64,000 bases of DNA from a bacterium (GTDB lineage Bacteria > UBA8248 > JACPRG01 > G963555815), in NCBI GenBank assembly GCA_965261595.1, contig CBDHDG010000007.1, positions 1,248,001 to 1,312,000 of the forward strand, read 5' to 3'. The position numbers and the translations under genes were made by a program. Below the pieces are notes generated by a model. That model searched no databases, was not told the origin of the DNA, and saw nothing but the letters and a program-made list of their open reading frames with translations. This document shows, one piece after another, positions 1 to 10,432 of this stretch. Position 1 is the stretch's first letter, and every line of letters starts with the position of its first letter.

Positions 1-15
1 GCTCAATTAGGTTAG

Positions 16-1017
16 TCACCGAACGTCAAGACCTATGTGGTCCATCGCGTAATCGGTCAAGATGTCTTCCAAATCCTCTGCAAAAATAAACTTCACATCA
101 TCCTGGCCTCTGACACCCACGAGGTCACGATTCTCATCCTTCTCTGCTTTGGTAAATATTACTACTTTCTCGATCAGCTTTAGACCGGAAGGATCATCCC
201 AATAACTTGCCTTCTTTATCTGCTCTATTACGTCCTCGGAAACTGTGCCCTTATAGTCCTTGACCTGAACGGCGATGGCATATCCCTGGTCCGGGCTGAC
301 GCCTGGGACCTCAATGAGGATATCCGTACCATGCTCCTCCTCTTTACGGCCACCGACCTTCTCGACATGAGAGTGTGGATACCGACTTTGTAGAACTTCC
401 ACAAGAACCTCTTCCCATTGTTTGTCGCTGAATTCGGTATTGAGTCTCTCATAAACTATCTTTCCAAACTCTTCACGTTTGAAAACTTTATGAAAAGCGT
501 ACTCGATAGCACCCGTCAGTCTGTCCTTGTCCAGGATGTCATGGTCAAGCTCTTCTTGTTTGGCATCACATATCTTTCCAATATCTTCACGGTGATGATC
601 GATGTTCCAAAATCGTCCTTGGTTCCTCAATGTTGATCGAATGTTACCCGTGACGTGCTCGCTGTCTCTACGAAAGCTCTTGAGGAATTCCGCCGGAAAG
701 ATGTGTCCATAGTCTCCCTCATCCTTTGGGATCTCGAACCTGTATCCCTTGTTCCAATCTTCCGTCGCTCGGACAATGGATACCTTGTCCCAAGCCGGCA
801 GTCTGGGCACGAGAAGGATGTCTCCTTTATTCACTTCCTCGAACATCCTGCAATTCCTGGAAGCCCCCTCATCGACCATTTGGTGTCGAAGATCTTGTCC
901 CTCGTCGTATCCCCACCCTTGACGCAGGCGACCCTGCTCCAGTTCCCTCCAGAAGAAGTCGATTTGGTTCGTGTCGATTCTGTAACCCCAGTAACGGGGC
1001 GCGGTCGCCCTTGTCAT
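16..1017 (-). CDS. Mrr-like (type IV-like) restriction endonuclease with N-terminal PUA/EVE-like domain
   Basis: C-terminal W-E-E...GTDILIE...AVQVK (D..QxK) Mrr_cat-like motif; N-terminal RQGWG...GDILLVP...YRF...HIFPAEF resembles the N-domain of COG4127-type proteins. Confidence 0.7.
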   Translation of the reverse strand: MTRATAPRYWGYRIDTNQIDFFWRELEQGRLRQGWGYDEGQDLRHQMVDEGASRNCRMFEEVNKGDILLVPRLPAWDKVSIVRATEDWNKGYRFEIPKDEGDYGHIFPAEFLKSFRRDSEHVTGNIRSTLRNQGRFWNIDHHREDIGKICDAKQEELDHDILDKDRLTGAIEYAFHKVFKREEFGKIVYERLNTEFSDKQWEEVLVEVLQSRYPHSHVEKVGGRKEEEHGTDILIEVPGVSPDQGYAIAVQVKDYKGTVSEDVIEQIKKASYWDDPSGLKLIEKVVIFTKAEKDENRDLVGVRGQDDVKFIFAEDLEDILTDYAMDHIGLDVR

Positions 1018-1276
1018 GATTGTCTTCCTTTTCTGATTCCCGCTGTCGCGGGAATGGCAGACTAAAGCTGCGGCGGGTAGCCCGGCGGATCCTTAACCCC
1101 GGAATGGCCACGCCCATAGCCATCCTCTCCCTCATCCGCTGAAATGCGCTCGGGTCTATCTGGACCGCCGGGCCGGAAGCGGGCCGGAAGCCGGCGCCAT
1201 GCGTGGCGAACTCTCATGGCTGATGTGACTGCGCTCTCCCCCCTGAGGCGGCCTGAGGAATGTCGTCGCGGCGGGT

Positions 1277-2488
1277 TCAGTGTGTTGATGGCGGGAGTTT
1301 CACGCGGCCCGTCGTTGGACCGGCATCCACCGCTGTGCTCGCCAGGGCACTCAGAAATTCATCAATACCGACGTCTTCAAGTCGTTTGGCTATGAATTCA
1401 ACAGAACCCCCTTTCTCCCAATCGTCCCATTTTTTTTGTATGGCACCGCGCGCGTTCATGATGAGTTCATTACGATTCGGGTGAATGATTACGAAGCGTC
1501 GCCCGCGCTCTGTGTAATACCACTCGATTATCTCCGAGTTGATACCCTTGTCTCCGAAGCTATAGCCGCACACGACCAATTGATCAACTTCGCGGATTGT
1601 CGACCGAAAGCGATAGTGAAGCTCGCGAAACATCCCTTGGCTGTACTCGGAGAGCTTGTTGAACGTGCCGATCAGCAGCAATGGTCGACCGTCGAGCGCT
1701 GTCTGGAAAGTGCCGTCATCCGTTTTCGTGTGATAGCGGTCGCCATCAAGGGGAATGCCGATTCTGTCATCGTACCAGGATTCGGAATCGTTGGGACGAA
1801 GGCGAAACCAGTCTACAGAGCCGTGCAGCTTTAGAAATGGGATCCTCCCGTTCGAAGAGAGATCGCCGTTCCAATACCGAACACCGGCTTCCTCATCAGA
1901 GAACCCATCGGCAAGCGATATGCCTTGATTCTTAAGAAAGGTCTCAACGTGAGTGTCGTGACAAAGCGTCGAAATGCTGGTGACAGTGCCGGATTTGCAG
2001 GCACGCGCGATAATCTCCAAGTTGTTCGTGGACGAAGGCTTGTGGCAGAGACGCCTCCAGACGACATCGGCAACGTAGTTGCGTGTTTCATCGAGTAGCT
2101 CGATGTAGGGGTTCATGCCTGTTTCGGTTCCGATCAACGTTGACATGTCCGCCCTTAGCTCATTTGCGAACGCGCGAACGGCCGGGTTCTCCATTTCACC
2201 CAGTTCTTCTGCCCAAGCTTGGCCGGCCAGGTAGAACAAGTCTTCATAGTTGGGCCGCCTCTCGGCATTTGCCGAGTAGTATCGTTCCGCTTCTGCATGA
2301 ATCCGTCGCGCCATGTGATTGGCGAGCCGGGTTTTCTCGTCCGGCGGATTGGCACCGTCAGTGAAGTAGCTAGCGTCGGTGTGTCTCCAGACTCCGTCAC
2401 CGGACAAAACCAGGTCGGTCAGACATCGGGTAGACGGAAATCCGGCTGGCAACGACGAACCAGCCCCCAACAAGATCGCGGTTTTCAT
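1277..2488 (-). CDS. SIR2-family (SIR2_2-like) protein
   Basis: Motifs LLGAGSS..GFP, TLCHD, FLKLHGSVDW, VCGYSFGD. Confidence 0.85.
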   Translation of the reverse strand: MKTAILLGAGSSLPAGFPSTRCLTDLVLSGDGVWRHTDASYFTDGANPPDEKTRLANHMARRIHAEAERYYSANAERRPNYEDLFYLAGQAWAEELGEMENPAVRAFANELRADMSTLIGTETGMNPYIELLDETRNYVADVVWRRLCHKPSSTNNLEIIARACKSGTVTSISTLCHDTHVETFLKNQGISLADGFSDEEAGVRYWNGDLSSNGRIPFLKLHGSVDWFRLRPNDSESWYDDRIGIPLDGDRYHTKTDDGTFQTALDGRPLLLIGTFNKLSEYSQGMFRELHYRFRSTIREVDQLVVCGYSFGDKGINSEIIEWYYTERGRRFVIIHPNRNELIMNARGAIQKKWDDWEKGGSVEFIAKRLEDVGIDEFLSALASTAVDAGPTTGRVKLPPSTH

Positions 2489-2737
2489 GCGTGGGATCTC
2501 GGTCTTGCCGCTTGGCTAGCAATCGCGGGCTGGTCGACCTTGATGAGCGATTCCGCCGGAATACCCAGCCCCTGGTGCAGCCGCCAGATCATCTTCAGGC
2601 TTAACGGGCGCTTGCGGTTGAGCACCTCGTAAACTCGGCTGCGGCTGCCGATGTAGGGCACCAGATCCTTCGCCGCCAGCCCGTTCTGCTCCATGTGGTA
2701 GCGAATCGCCGAGACCGGATCCGGCAGGTCAAGGGGA
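2485..2737 (-). pseudogene. higA: HigA-like HTH antitoxin, 5'-truncated
   Basis: PLDLPDPVSAIRYHMEQNGL..KDLVPYIGSRSRVYEVLNRKRPLSLKMIWRLHQGLGIPAESLI is a typical HigA C-terminal HTH; N-terminus missing next to an IS1380 end. Confidence 0.8.
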
Positions 2738-2776
2738 GTAGTACTTAGCCAATCTAGTGGACACCATGCTTATCTA

Positions 2777-3212
2777 CCGGAATTTCCCATATCAAATCTG
2801 GACAGGCCTGTACCGACCCCTCGTTGCTGTTTAAGTCAATTAGACCCCTCTCTCCCGGACCTGTCCATCCCATTTCAGGTGCCTGAAACCCTAATCGGAG
2901 CGTTATCCACCATTGAAAATCATGCCACCCCTCCGGGTAGGCGAGCCTTCCCAGCAGGTCATCTGGAAGGGACAGAACATTCACCATTTTGTCCTCGGGT
3001 GGACTGCGCTGAGAGCGGTTAAACAGGTACGGGCCGCAATCGGTTGATCCGGTCCAGGATGAGAGCGAACACCTCCCTGGATACGGCTACCTCGGCCAAC
3101 TGAAAGATGATGTGCCGGGCATGGCGCACAATCCGGCCGCCCATTTTGATGCGCTTGACCTGGAGGCTTCGCAGCGACCAGTGCTTGAGCCCCCTGGGCA
3201 AGGCTAGCCTGG
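2777..3212 (-). mobile_element. IS1380-family remnant (terminal IR + transposase C-terminus)
   Basis: IR CCGGAATTTCCCATAT at 2777; RLALPRGLKHWSLRSLQVK matches other copies in the window. Confidence 0.85.
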
Positions 3213-3232
3213 ATATCTCACAAAAAAGAAGA

Positions 3233-3907
3233 GCCAAGCCGGCCTTTTTCGGGTAAACTCTTTTTGGTCAATGGGTTGTCCGAACAAAGGAGGCCGACTT
3301 GACTCGTACACAGTGTGTCCCAGAACGGATGGAGTTTCAACGCTTGGGTTGCCGGGAGGTGACGGCCGCTGCCGACGGCGGGGCGATCACCTCTGATGCG
3401 GGCGCTCTCCTGCTGCGCGAGGCCGAGCGGAGCGTGAATCTCATCGCCGGCCTGGCCGCCTGCTTTGAGGACGGCCGGGACCCGAGGCGGGTGGAGCATG
3501 AGTTGGGGGCATTGGTGCGGCAGCGGGTGTACGCGCTGGCGCTTGGCTATGAGGACGTCAACGACCACGAGCGTCTGCGTTTTGACCCCATGCTCCAAAT
3601 CCTTTCCGGCAAGCTTGCACCCACGCGGCGCAAGGGGGGTCCGGCCCTTGCGGGCAAGAGCACGCTGAACCGCCTGGAGCGTCTTGCGGCTGAGGGCGAT
3701 GAGCGCTACCACAAGATCGCCTACCGGACCGAGGGGATCGACCGACTGTTGATGGAGGGCTTCCTTCGGTCGCAGAAGCGGGCGCCGAGCCGGATCGTTT
3801 TGGACATCGACGCCACCGACGACCCGGTGCACGGCTGTCAGGAGGGGCGGTTCTTCCACGGCTATCACGGTCATTACTGCTACCTTCCGCTTTACATCTT
3901 CTGCGGT
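3233..3907 (+). mobile_element. IS1380-family transposase 5' fragment (second subtype)
   Basis: DGGAITSDAGALLL, GYEDVND, VLDIDATDDPVHGxQEGRFFHGYxGHYCYLPLYIFCG; truncated at ~3907. Confidence 0.85.
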
Positions 3908-3915
3908 GCCGGGAG

Positions 3916-4356
3916 ATGGAGGTGGTTCCCTCGACCGGGTCGGCCGGGGATTGCTTCGACAACGCCATGGCCGAGAGCTTCTTTGCCACGCTGGAGTGCG
4001 AGCTCATCGACCGGCGCTCGTTCCGTACCCAGGCTGAAGCGCGCCTGGCGATCTTCCAATTCATCGAAGGCTGGTACAACCCACGCCGTCGTCATTCAGC
4101 CCTGGGTTACCTCAACCCCAACGACTACGAACGGGCGGAGGCGGAGGCTATGCCGTGGGCGGCGGCGCGCAACGCTTATAGTCCGGCTCGAGCCGGCCCC
4201 GGTGCTTCCCGGAACAGCGAGCCAAAGGTCAAGACATACCCCCCGGGGGGACCCTATCTATCGGATAGGGAGAAGACTTTACGTCCACCGGCTGTCGCCC
4301 ACCTCAGGGCTGGGGACGACAGCCCTAAACTGTCCACTGAAACGGGGTAACTCCAG
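3916..4356 (+). mobile_element. IS3-family 3' fragment with right IR
   Basis: CFDNAMAESFFATLECE..FIEGWYNPRRRHSALGYL; ends CTGTCCACTGAAACGGGGTAACTCCA. Confidence 0.85.
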
Positions 4357-4514
4357 TGGACGGGACGTGCTCCAGATGCCCAAACAAGACCCGGCCCGGC
4401 CTTCGAATGTGTGCAAAATGCGCCGAACACAATTACAATCTTGTGAAGGCCCGGCTGAAGTAGGTCAGTTGTGAAACGGTAAGGGGATGGAACAGGAAAG
4501 AAAGCTGAACGAAA

Positions 4515-5114
4515 ATGAGCGCCAAGGACGCAAGAGAAAAGCGAGGCTCCGTAGGCCGGCCGACGAAACTGACGCCGGAGGTTTCCGACCGTATCGTTGA
4601 GGCCATGTCTCTCGGACTTTCGTACAAGGATGCTGCACGAGCCGGAGGCGTTTCGGAACAAACACTTATCGAATGGCGGGCCCGTGGGGAGCTTGAGCCG
4701 GAATCCCCATATGCCGAATTACTTGAGCGGATCGAGGGGGCCGTACAGGAAACCGGCGTTGAATACCTGAATGCGATCAAGCGGTCGATCCTGGAATCGA
4801 CCACGATCACGAAAACGCACGTCCGCACCCTTGAAGACGGGTCCAAGATGGAGGAGATCACCAAAGAAGAGCGCCCCCCGGGTATCAAGGGCGCAATGTG
4901 GTGGCTTGAGCGCCGCTTTCCTGATCCCTTTGCCCGAAGGATTGCACATGGCGGAAAGGTTGGAATCGAGACACCCCCGAAGCGGAAGGTCACCATCAAG
5001 CTTGTGAGCCCGGACGGGACGACCGAGGCGTTTGAGCAAACGGGCGGGGAATCTACAAAGAGCAACGTGTCGCCGAATCGTCTGACATCTACAGACGGCA
5101 GGAGGATCTCTTAA
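4515..5114 (+). CDS. phage terminase small subunit-like HTH protein
   Basis: GRPTKLTPE..AARAGGVSEQTLIEW N-terminal HTH and AMWWLERRFP motif. Confidence 0.6.
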   Translation: MSAKDAREKRGSVGRPTKLTPEVSDRIVEAMSLGLSYKDAARAGGVSEQTLIEWRARGELEPESPYAELLERIEGAVQETGVEYLNAIKRSILESTTITKTHVRTLEDGSKMEEITKEERPPGIKGAMWWLERRFPDPFARRIAHGGKVGIETPPKRKVTIKLVSPDGTTEAFEQTGGESTKSNVSPNRLTSTDGRRIS

Positions 5115-5205
5115 GTGCGGATAAGGCCCTGTTGGGGGCGCAGGATGAATTTAGCCTACCTCTCCCCGCCATTTCAAGGTGCGCGCGGCCGGCGCCCGCC
5201 GCGTC

Positions 5206-6168
5206 CTATTCTACCCCCAACGCCTTCATCATCCGCCGGTATTCGATAGACGCTGTGTCCGGGCCTTTCACGTGGAGCTCTTCGGATAGGTCCAGCGGCA
5301 GCTCCTCCGGCCGCTGGTTCTCGACGATGACGCGGTCCTGTTCGGCCACCAGGTCTTCCACGTCCTCGATCCGCGCGCCGTCTGATGGGCCGGGCTCGTA
5401 GTTCCGGCCTATCAGCGTAAATCGCGTGCACTCGCGCGCCGAATGCGGGGTGCATGCGAAATACAGACGCTCCGCCCGCCCATCCGCCTCGACCCGCCCG
5501 ATGTGACATGCGAAAGGCCGGGTGACCCAGTAGTAGCGTTGATAGGAAGCGCTGTGGAGTCCATCGGGCTCGTTCCCAATCGTGAAACGGATGGTCTCGT
5601 CGTCCCGCTCGGTCGTTACGTCGGGCGTCCGGGGGTTCGCCCGATCTCCCAGGATTCCCTCGTGCACCCAAGGGAAATGAGAGAAATCGAGGAAATTCTC
5701 GATGGTCCGGGCCGCGCTGCACTTCCAGGGCCTTTTGTCATGGACGACCAGGCGGAAGCCCGGGTCCTCGATCGGCGAGAAATCCGGAATGGGCGCGCGG
5801 GGTTTGTCCGACAGGCACACCCACACGATTCCGTATTTTTCTTGGGCGAGATAGGTTGTCAGGCAGGCCTTTTTGGGGATGGGATGCTCCGGCGGAATCG
5901 AGGGGATCCGGACGCACTTTCCGTTCACCCCGTAGGCCCAGCCATGGTAGGCGCAGATGATGCTGTCGCCCTCCACCCACCCCAGGGAGAGGGGCGTCCC
6001 CCGGTGAATGCAAAGGTCGTGAAACGCCGCCAAGCGGTCTCCGACCCGGCAGACGGCGATCGGCTCGTCCAGGAGCCTGACGGCCAAGGGCTTGTCGCAC
6101 ACCTCTTCGAAAAACGCCGCCGGGTGCCAGTAATCGCGCAGCGCCGGCCAGAGATCACTCTCGATCAT
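5206..6168 (-). CDS. Rieske non-heme iron oxygenase alpha subunit (VanA-like demethylase family)
   Basis: CxH(x16)CxxH Rieske motif (CIHRG..CAYHGW); ENFLDFSHFPWVH mononuclear Fe motif; start uncertain (6168 or 6222). Confidence 0.9.
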   Translation of the reverse strand: MIESDLWPALRDYWHPAAFFEEVCDKPLAVRLLDEPIAVCRVGDRLAAFHDLCIHRGTPLSLGWVEGDSIICAYHGWAYGVNGKCVRIPSIPPEHPIPKKACLTTYLAQEKYGIVWVCLSDKPRAPIPDFSPIEDPGFRLVVHDKRPWKCSAARTIENFLDFSHFPWVHEGILGDRANPRTPDVTTERDDETIRFTIGNEPDGLHSASYQRYYWVTRPFACHIGRVEADGRAERLYFACTPHSARECTRFTLIGRNYEPGPSDGARIEDVEDLVAEQDRVIVENQRPEELPLDLSEELHVKGPDTASIEYRRMMKALGVE

Positions 6169-6231
6169 TCCGCTGATTCCTTTTACGAAATTGCACCGCA
6201 CCGTTTCCCTGGTCAGAGCCAATGAGTTGAA

Positions 6232-6947
6232 CCGGAATTTCCCATATCAACTTGCTTGGGTGGTTTCCGGTCCCCTTTCCCGATGAAAACCAGTTGATCC
6301 CCTTCCGATGGGTTTGTCAAGAGCCTTCCAACCCTCCGCAACAAGGTGCTGACGGCCATCGACTGCCCCAAAAGGCGGACCCTCGCCCTTCGGTCCCCTT
6401 TGTTCGCGGTTCAACCCGTTAACCAATCACCTCATGCTGCCGGGAACCCTCTGCACAAGGTTAGACCGGCACCGGCCGTAATCGGTTGATTCGGTCCAGG
6501 ATGATGGCGAACTCTTCCCTGGATACCGCTACTTCGGCCAATTGAAAGATGATCTGCCGGGCGTGCCGCACAATCCTCCCGCCTATTTTGATGAGCTTGA
6601 CCTGGAGGCTTCGCAGCGACCAGTGCTTGAGCCCCCTGGGCAAGGCTAGCCTGCGCAGGAAATTGCCCAGGTTGTACGCCAGGACGAAGAGAAGGAGCCG
6701 CACCTGGTTGCACACGAACCGGTGACAGGAAAGGCGTGTCCAGTTCAGGGCGTACTTGCCTTCCTTGATCCATTGCTCGGCTGTGCCTCGCTGGTTGTAG
6801 AAGTGCACGACCCCCTCGGGTCGAGCCGTCAGGTTCGTGACAATGAATCCGACGCGAGGGAAGAGTTCGCCTGAGTGCCATTCCACCTTCGCCACGACCC
6901 GCCGGGAACGGTCCCAGCTTCCAGCCTGATACCGGAAGTCGTAATAG
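6232..6947 (-). mobile_element. IS1380-family 3' fragment
   Basis: Essentially identical to 8311-9026, including the IR. Confidence 0.9.
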
Positions 6948-7167
6948 TCGGGAAACGGCCGGGTCCCAGTTCCGAATCTCCGGCGCGCCGTGCATTCCGG
7001 GGTGGAACCCCCAGGCACCACATACCATGTAGCCGATAAGGGACTTTCCGCCCTTCTCTGCCGTACGGCTACCTGTGTTTCGCCTCTTTCCTCGACCCCA
7101 CCTGCGAAACTACACCAGCGGGCGGTACCAAGCGGGTAGAACATGCCCTACCGGGAGGCATTCGCCC

Positions 7168-8169
7168 TTAGGGGAGGAATTGGTTCGTGTAATATCGGTC
7201 TGTTGATAGAGGTTTCTTCAGTCCCGCGTACTTCGTCAAAAGCTCGATGGTGGCTTTCCAGTCTTTCTCCGACATCCAGCCGATTGGCTTCCCTTTCGAA
7301 TTTTTCGTATGCAGCAACAGCAGATAGTTGTCCAAGGTTTCTCGGGCGACCTTCTCGTCCGACACGGTCACAGGGGACATTCGCTTGAGTGCGGCCACGG
7401 CCTCATCCCGGTTGTCCATCGTATACTGAAAGCTTTTTGTGTAAGCGCGCACGAGGCCTCTCACTGTATCCGGCTTCTCTCGCAGGAAAGCGGAACTGGC
7501 TGTGATCCCTTCGCCGAGGGTGTTGACGCCCAATGAGGCGAAACTCAGGTAATTCACCTTCGCCCCCTTGGAGCGAAGCTTGGGTACATTATCCGGGAAA
7601 TATAGCAAAATGGCGTCCATTTCCTTTCTCAGAAAGGCCGTAGCCAGGGTCGCAAAGGTGGCATTGACGTAGGATATCTTGGATGTGTCAATACCGGTAC
7701 GCCCGACAACGGCCGCGAACATGGCCGTATTGGAGGAAGCCGGTACCCGGCCAACCCGCTTCCCCTCGAGATCCTTGGCAGAGCGGATGTTCTTATCCTC
7801 GTGCGCGACGATGCTCATAGGGCTTGACTGGTAGTAGATGTAGATGACCCGTGCATCGAGACCCTGGGAGATGAATTGCGCGGCCGTGCCGCTATCGGCT
7901 TGGACAACGGGTAACTTGCCGGCGTTCAAAAGCTGCAGATTGTCTCGGGAGCCCCGCCCAGCCTCCATCGTAGCGTCCAGTCCCTCGGCCTTGAAGAAAC
8001 CCTTTTCGATACCGAGAGCCATTGGGGCGTCAGATGCGTTCACGACCCAGGTGTCCTTCAAGACGATTTTCTCGCTGGCCGCCTCCTGCGGCGGAAGGCA
8101 GAACAAAGAGACGAGAAGTACGGATGCGATCACCATCCACAGGGGGTTTCTCTTCTGATAACGAGTCAT
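7168..8169 (-). CDS. ABC transporter substrate-binding protein (NMT1/THI5-SsuA-like)
   Basis: Signal peptide; LGIEKGFFKAEGLD, DLEGKRVG, YYTNQFLP; RBS AGAGG upstream of 8169. Confidence 0.85.
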   Translation of the reverse strand: MTRYQKRNPLWMVIASVLLVSLFCLPPQEAASEKIVLKDTWVVNASDAPMALGIEKGFFKAEGLDATMEAGRGSRDNLQLLNAGKLPVVQADSGTAAQFISQGLDARVIYIYYQSSPMSIVAHEDKNIRSAKDLEGKRVGRVPASSNTAMFAAVVGRTGIDTSKISYVNATFATLATAFLRKEMDAILLYFPDNVPKLRSKGAKVNYLSFASLGVNTLGEGITASSAFLREKPDTVRGLVRAYTKSFQYTMDNRDEAVAALKRMSPVTVSDEKVARETLDNYLLLLHTKNSKGKPIGWMSEKDWKATIELLTKYAGLKKPLSTDRYYTNQFLP

Positions 8170-8310
8170 GGCGGATCCTCTGTTGTTAAGGAGACTCAAC
8201 TGCCCTATTTTCTTTGACAGCATAGGTCGGGAACATCGCCACGGTTCGACTTTTTCCATGTCAACCGCTGGGGCACTTCCCATTTCTTGACTTATGACGA
8301 TCCATTGAAA

Positions 8311-9978
8311 CCGGAATTTCCCATATCAACTTGCTTGGGTGGTTTCCGGTCCCCTTTCCCGATGAAAACCAGTTGATCCCCTTCCGATGGGTTTGTCAAG
8401 AGCCTTCCAACCCTCCGCAACAAGGTGCTGACGGCCATCGACTGCCCCAAAAGGCGGACCCTCGCCCTTCGGTCCCCTTTGTTCGCGGTTCAACCCGTTA
8501 ACCAATCACCTCATGCTGCCGGGAACCCTCTGCACAAGGTTAGACCGGCACCGGCCGTAATCGGTTGATTCGGTCCAGGATGATGGCGAACTCTTCCCTG
8601 GATACCGCTACTTCGGCCAATTGAAAGATGATCTGCCGGGCGTGCCGCACAATCCTCCCGCCCATTTTGATGAGCTTGACCTGGAGGCTTCGCAGCGACC
8701 AGTGCTTGAGCCCCCTGGGCAAGGCTAGCCTGCGCAGGAAATTGCCCAGGTTGTACGCCAGGACGAAGAGAAGGAGCCGCACCTGGTTGCACACGAACCG
8801 GTGACAGGAAAGGCGTGTCCAGTTCAGGGCGTACTTGCCTTCCTTGATCCATTGCTCGGCTGTGCCTCGCTGGTTGTAGAAGTGCACGACCCCCTCGGGT
8901 CGAGCCGTCAGGTTCGTGACAATGAATCCGACGCGAGGGAAGAGTTCGCCTGAGTGCCATTCCACCTTCGCCACGACCCGCCGGGAACGGTCCCAGCTTC
9001 CAGCCTGATACCGGAAGTCGTAATAGAAGATGATGGGTCTCTTGGGCGGGCGACCGACCGGGCGGGTGAGGAGGAAGTCGATCTCTCGCTGCACCACGTC
9101 GTTGGCGGGAAGGCGGATGGCGTAAAGGAAGCTGTGCGCTTCCAGGCACTCATAGACCTCCGGGCGCGCAAAGGCGGCATCGGCTCGGAAGTAACGGCGA
9201 ACACCCGCCCGCTCATACCGGGCCGCGATGGGCGAAAGCAACTCGCGCCAGCCATCGGCGCTGTGCACGTTGCCGGGGCGCAACATCGCCCCTTCGCAGT
9301 CCCCGAACTGGTTAAAGCAAAAAAGAGGGTGATAACAGGTGCAACGAAAGTGGCCGTTGTAGGCCGTACCTTCCTGCTCCCCATGGACGGGGCTTTCCGA
9401 GCTGTCCATGTCCAGGATGATTCGCTGATGGGGTGAGTGTGCCATGGCCCGGTCCACCCACTCCCGGTTCAGCTCGCTCCGGCCCCTTGAGATTCTCCTC
9501 CCTGGTGAGAACCTCGGTCTCGAACCGGCTCAGGGTGTTGGCGCCCGCCGCCTGCTTCTCAAGCGCTCGGCGGCCGACCACGGCTTGCATCGCGGGGTCC
9601 TGGGCCAACCGCTCGGCATCGTTGGTGTCTTCATACCCTGCCAAGCGGCTATAGACCGACTGGCGCAATAGCGGCGCCAACTCATGCTGGATGTTCCGGC
9701 CATGACGGATCTCTTGCAATTGCACTGGCGCTCTCACCGTCAAACCCAGCGCATCATCCAGCTCCCGGCAGGCCAGCAATCCCGCATCCGAAGTGATTCT
9801 GGTTCCGTGAAACTCAAGCCTCAGCCGACGGTCAAAACGGATCTTCAAAGCCCCCTTCTTCGCTTCACCCATTGGGTCCCCTCGCAAGATGATGGCAGGG
9901 AGAGGCCAACACCTTGATCTTACACGAGAAAACGGCATTCGGTCCGACAAAACTTATGATCCATATGGGAAATGCGGG
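8311..9978 (-). mobile_element. IS1380-family element, transposase frameshifted (~9480)
   Basis: Imperfect IRs CCGGAATTTCCCATAT / CCCGCATTTCCCATAT; ITSDAGLL, LDMDSSESPVHG, RADAAF, RGTAEQWIKEGK. Confidence 0.95.
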
Positions 9979-10307
9979 CTTATGCCCTGCGGAAACATCG
10001 GCAAGGGTTAACCTGTCAGGTTGAAAATTGCGACCGATCTCCGGTTTCAAATAATTTGTGCCGGGGGCATTACTTGCGGAAGAGGCGAGGGTATGAACTG
10101 CGTCCGATCCTTCCCGCCCATCGGAAATGGACCCCGGAAGAGGATCGGAAACTGCTTGATTTGATCCGGCATACCCCTGGCGGCGTGGGCCATGGTCCGT
10201 ATGGCGAGACGGCGGGGCTGGCCGATCATCTTTGTCGAACGAGTAACGGATTGCGCGCAAGGCTTGTCGTATTGAGACGACGGAAGAAAGAGGCGCTTGG
10301 CCTTTGA
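9979..10307 (+). pseudogene. phage-like Cys/His zinc-finger protein, probably 5'-truncated
   Basis: CQVENC(x9)CRGHY motif followed by WTPEEDRKLLDL; abuts the IS1380 end. Confidence 0.45.
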
Positions 10308-10386
10308 ACCCCCCTCTCCGTGGTGACCTATTGGTGACTCTCCATTTTATGATTCCCGCCAAATCCATGTAACTTATTGAAAAAAG

Positions 10387-10432
10387 GGAGCAGACTGGCG
10401 GATTTGAACCGCCGACCTACTGATTCTGAATC
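10387..10432 (-). other. tRNA 3'-half remnant (att-like site)
   Basis: Minus strand GATTCAGAATCAGTAGGTCGGCGG-TTCAAAT-CCGCC-AGTCTGCTCC: anticodon 3' side, short variable loop, perfect T-arm; no D-arm or 5' half. Confidence 0.6.

Noticed and set aside
3299..4474. Single 391-aa transposase
   Set aside because: Chimeric read-through of an IS1380 5' fragment into an out-of-frame IS3 3' fragment
6948..7167. Group II intron or RNase P fragment
   Set aside because: Only short GGAAAG-like matches; no domain V or P4 consensus
10387..10432. Functional tRNA-Leu(CAG)
   Set aside because: No 5' acceptor strand or D-arm, and the variable loop is short
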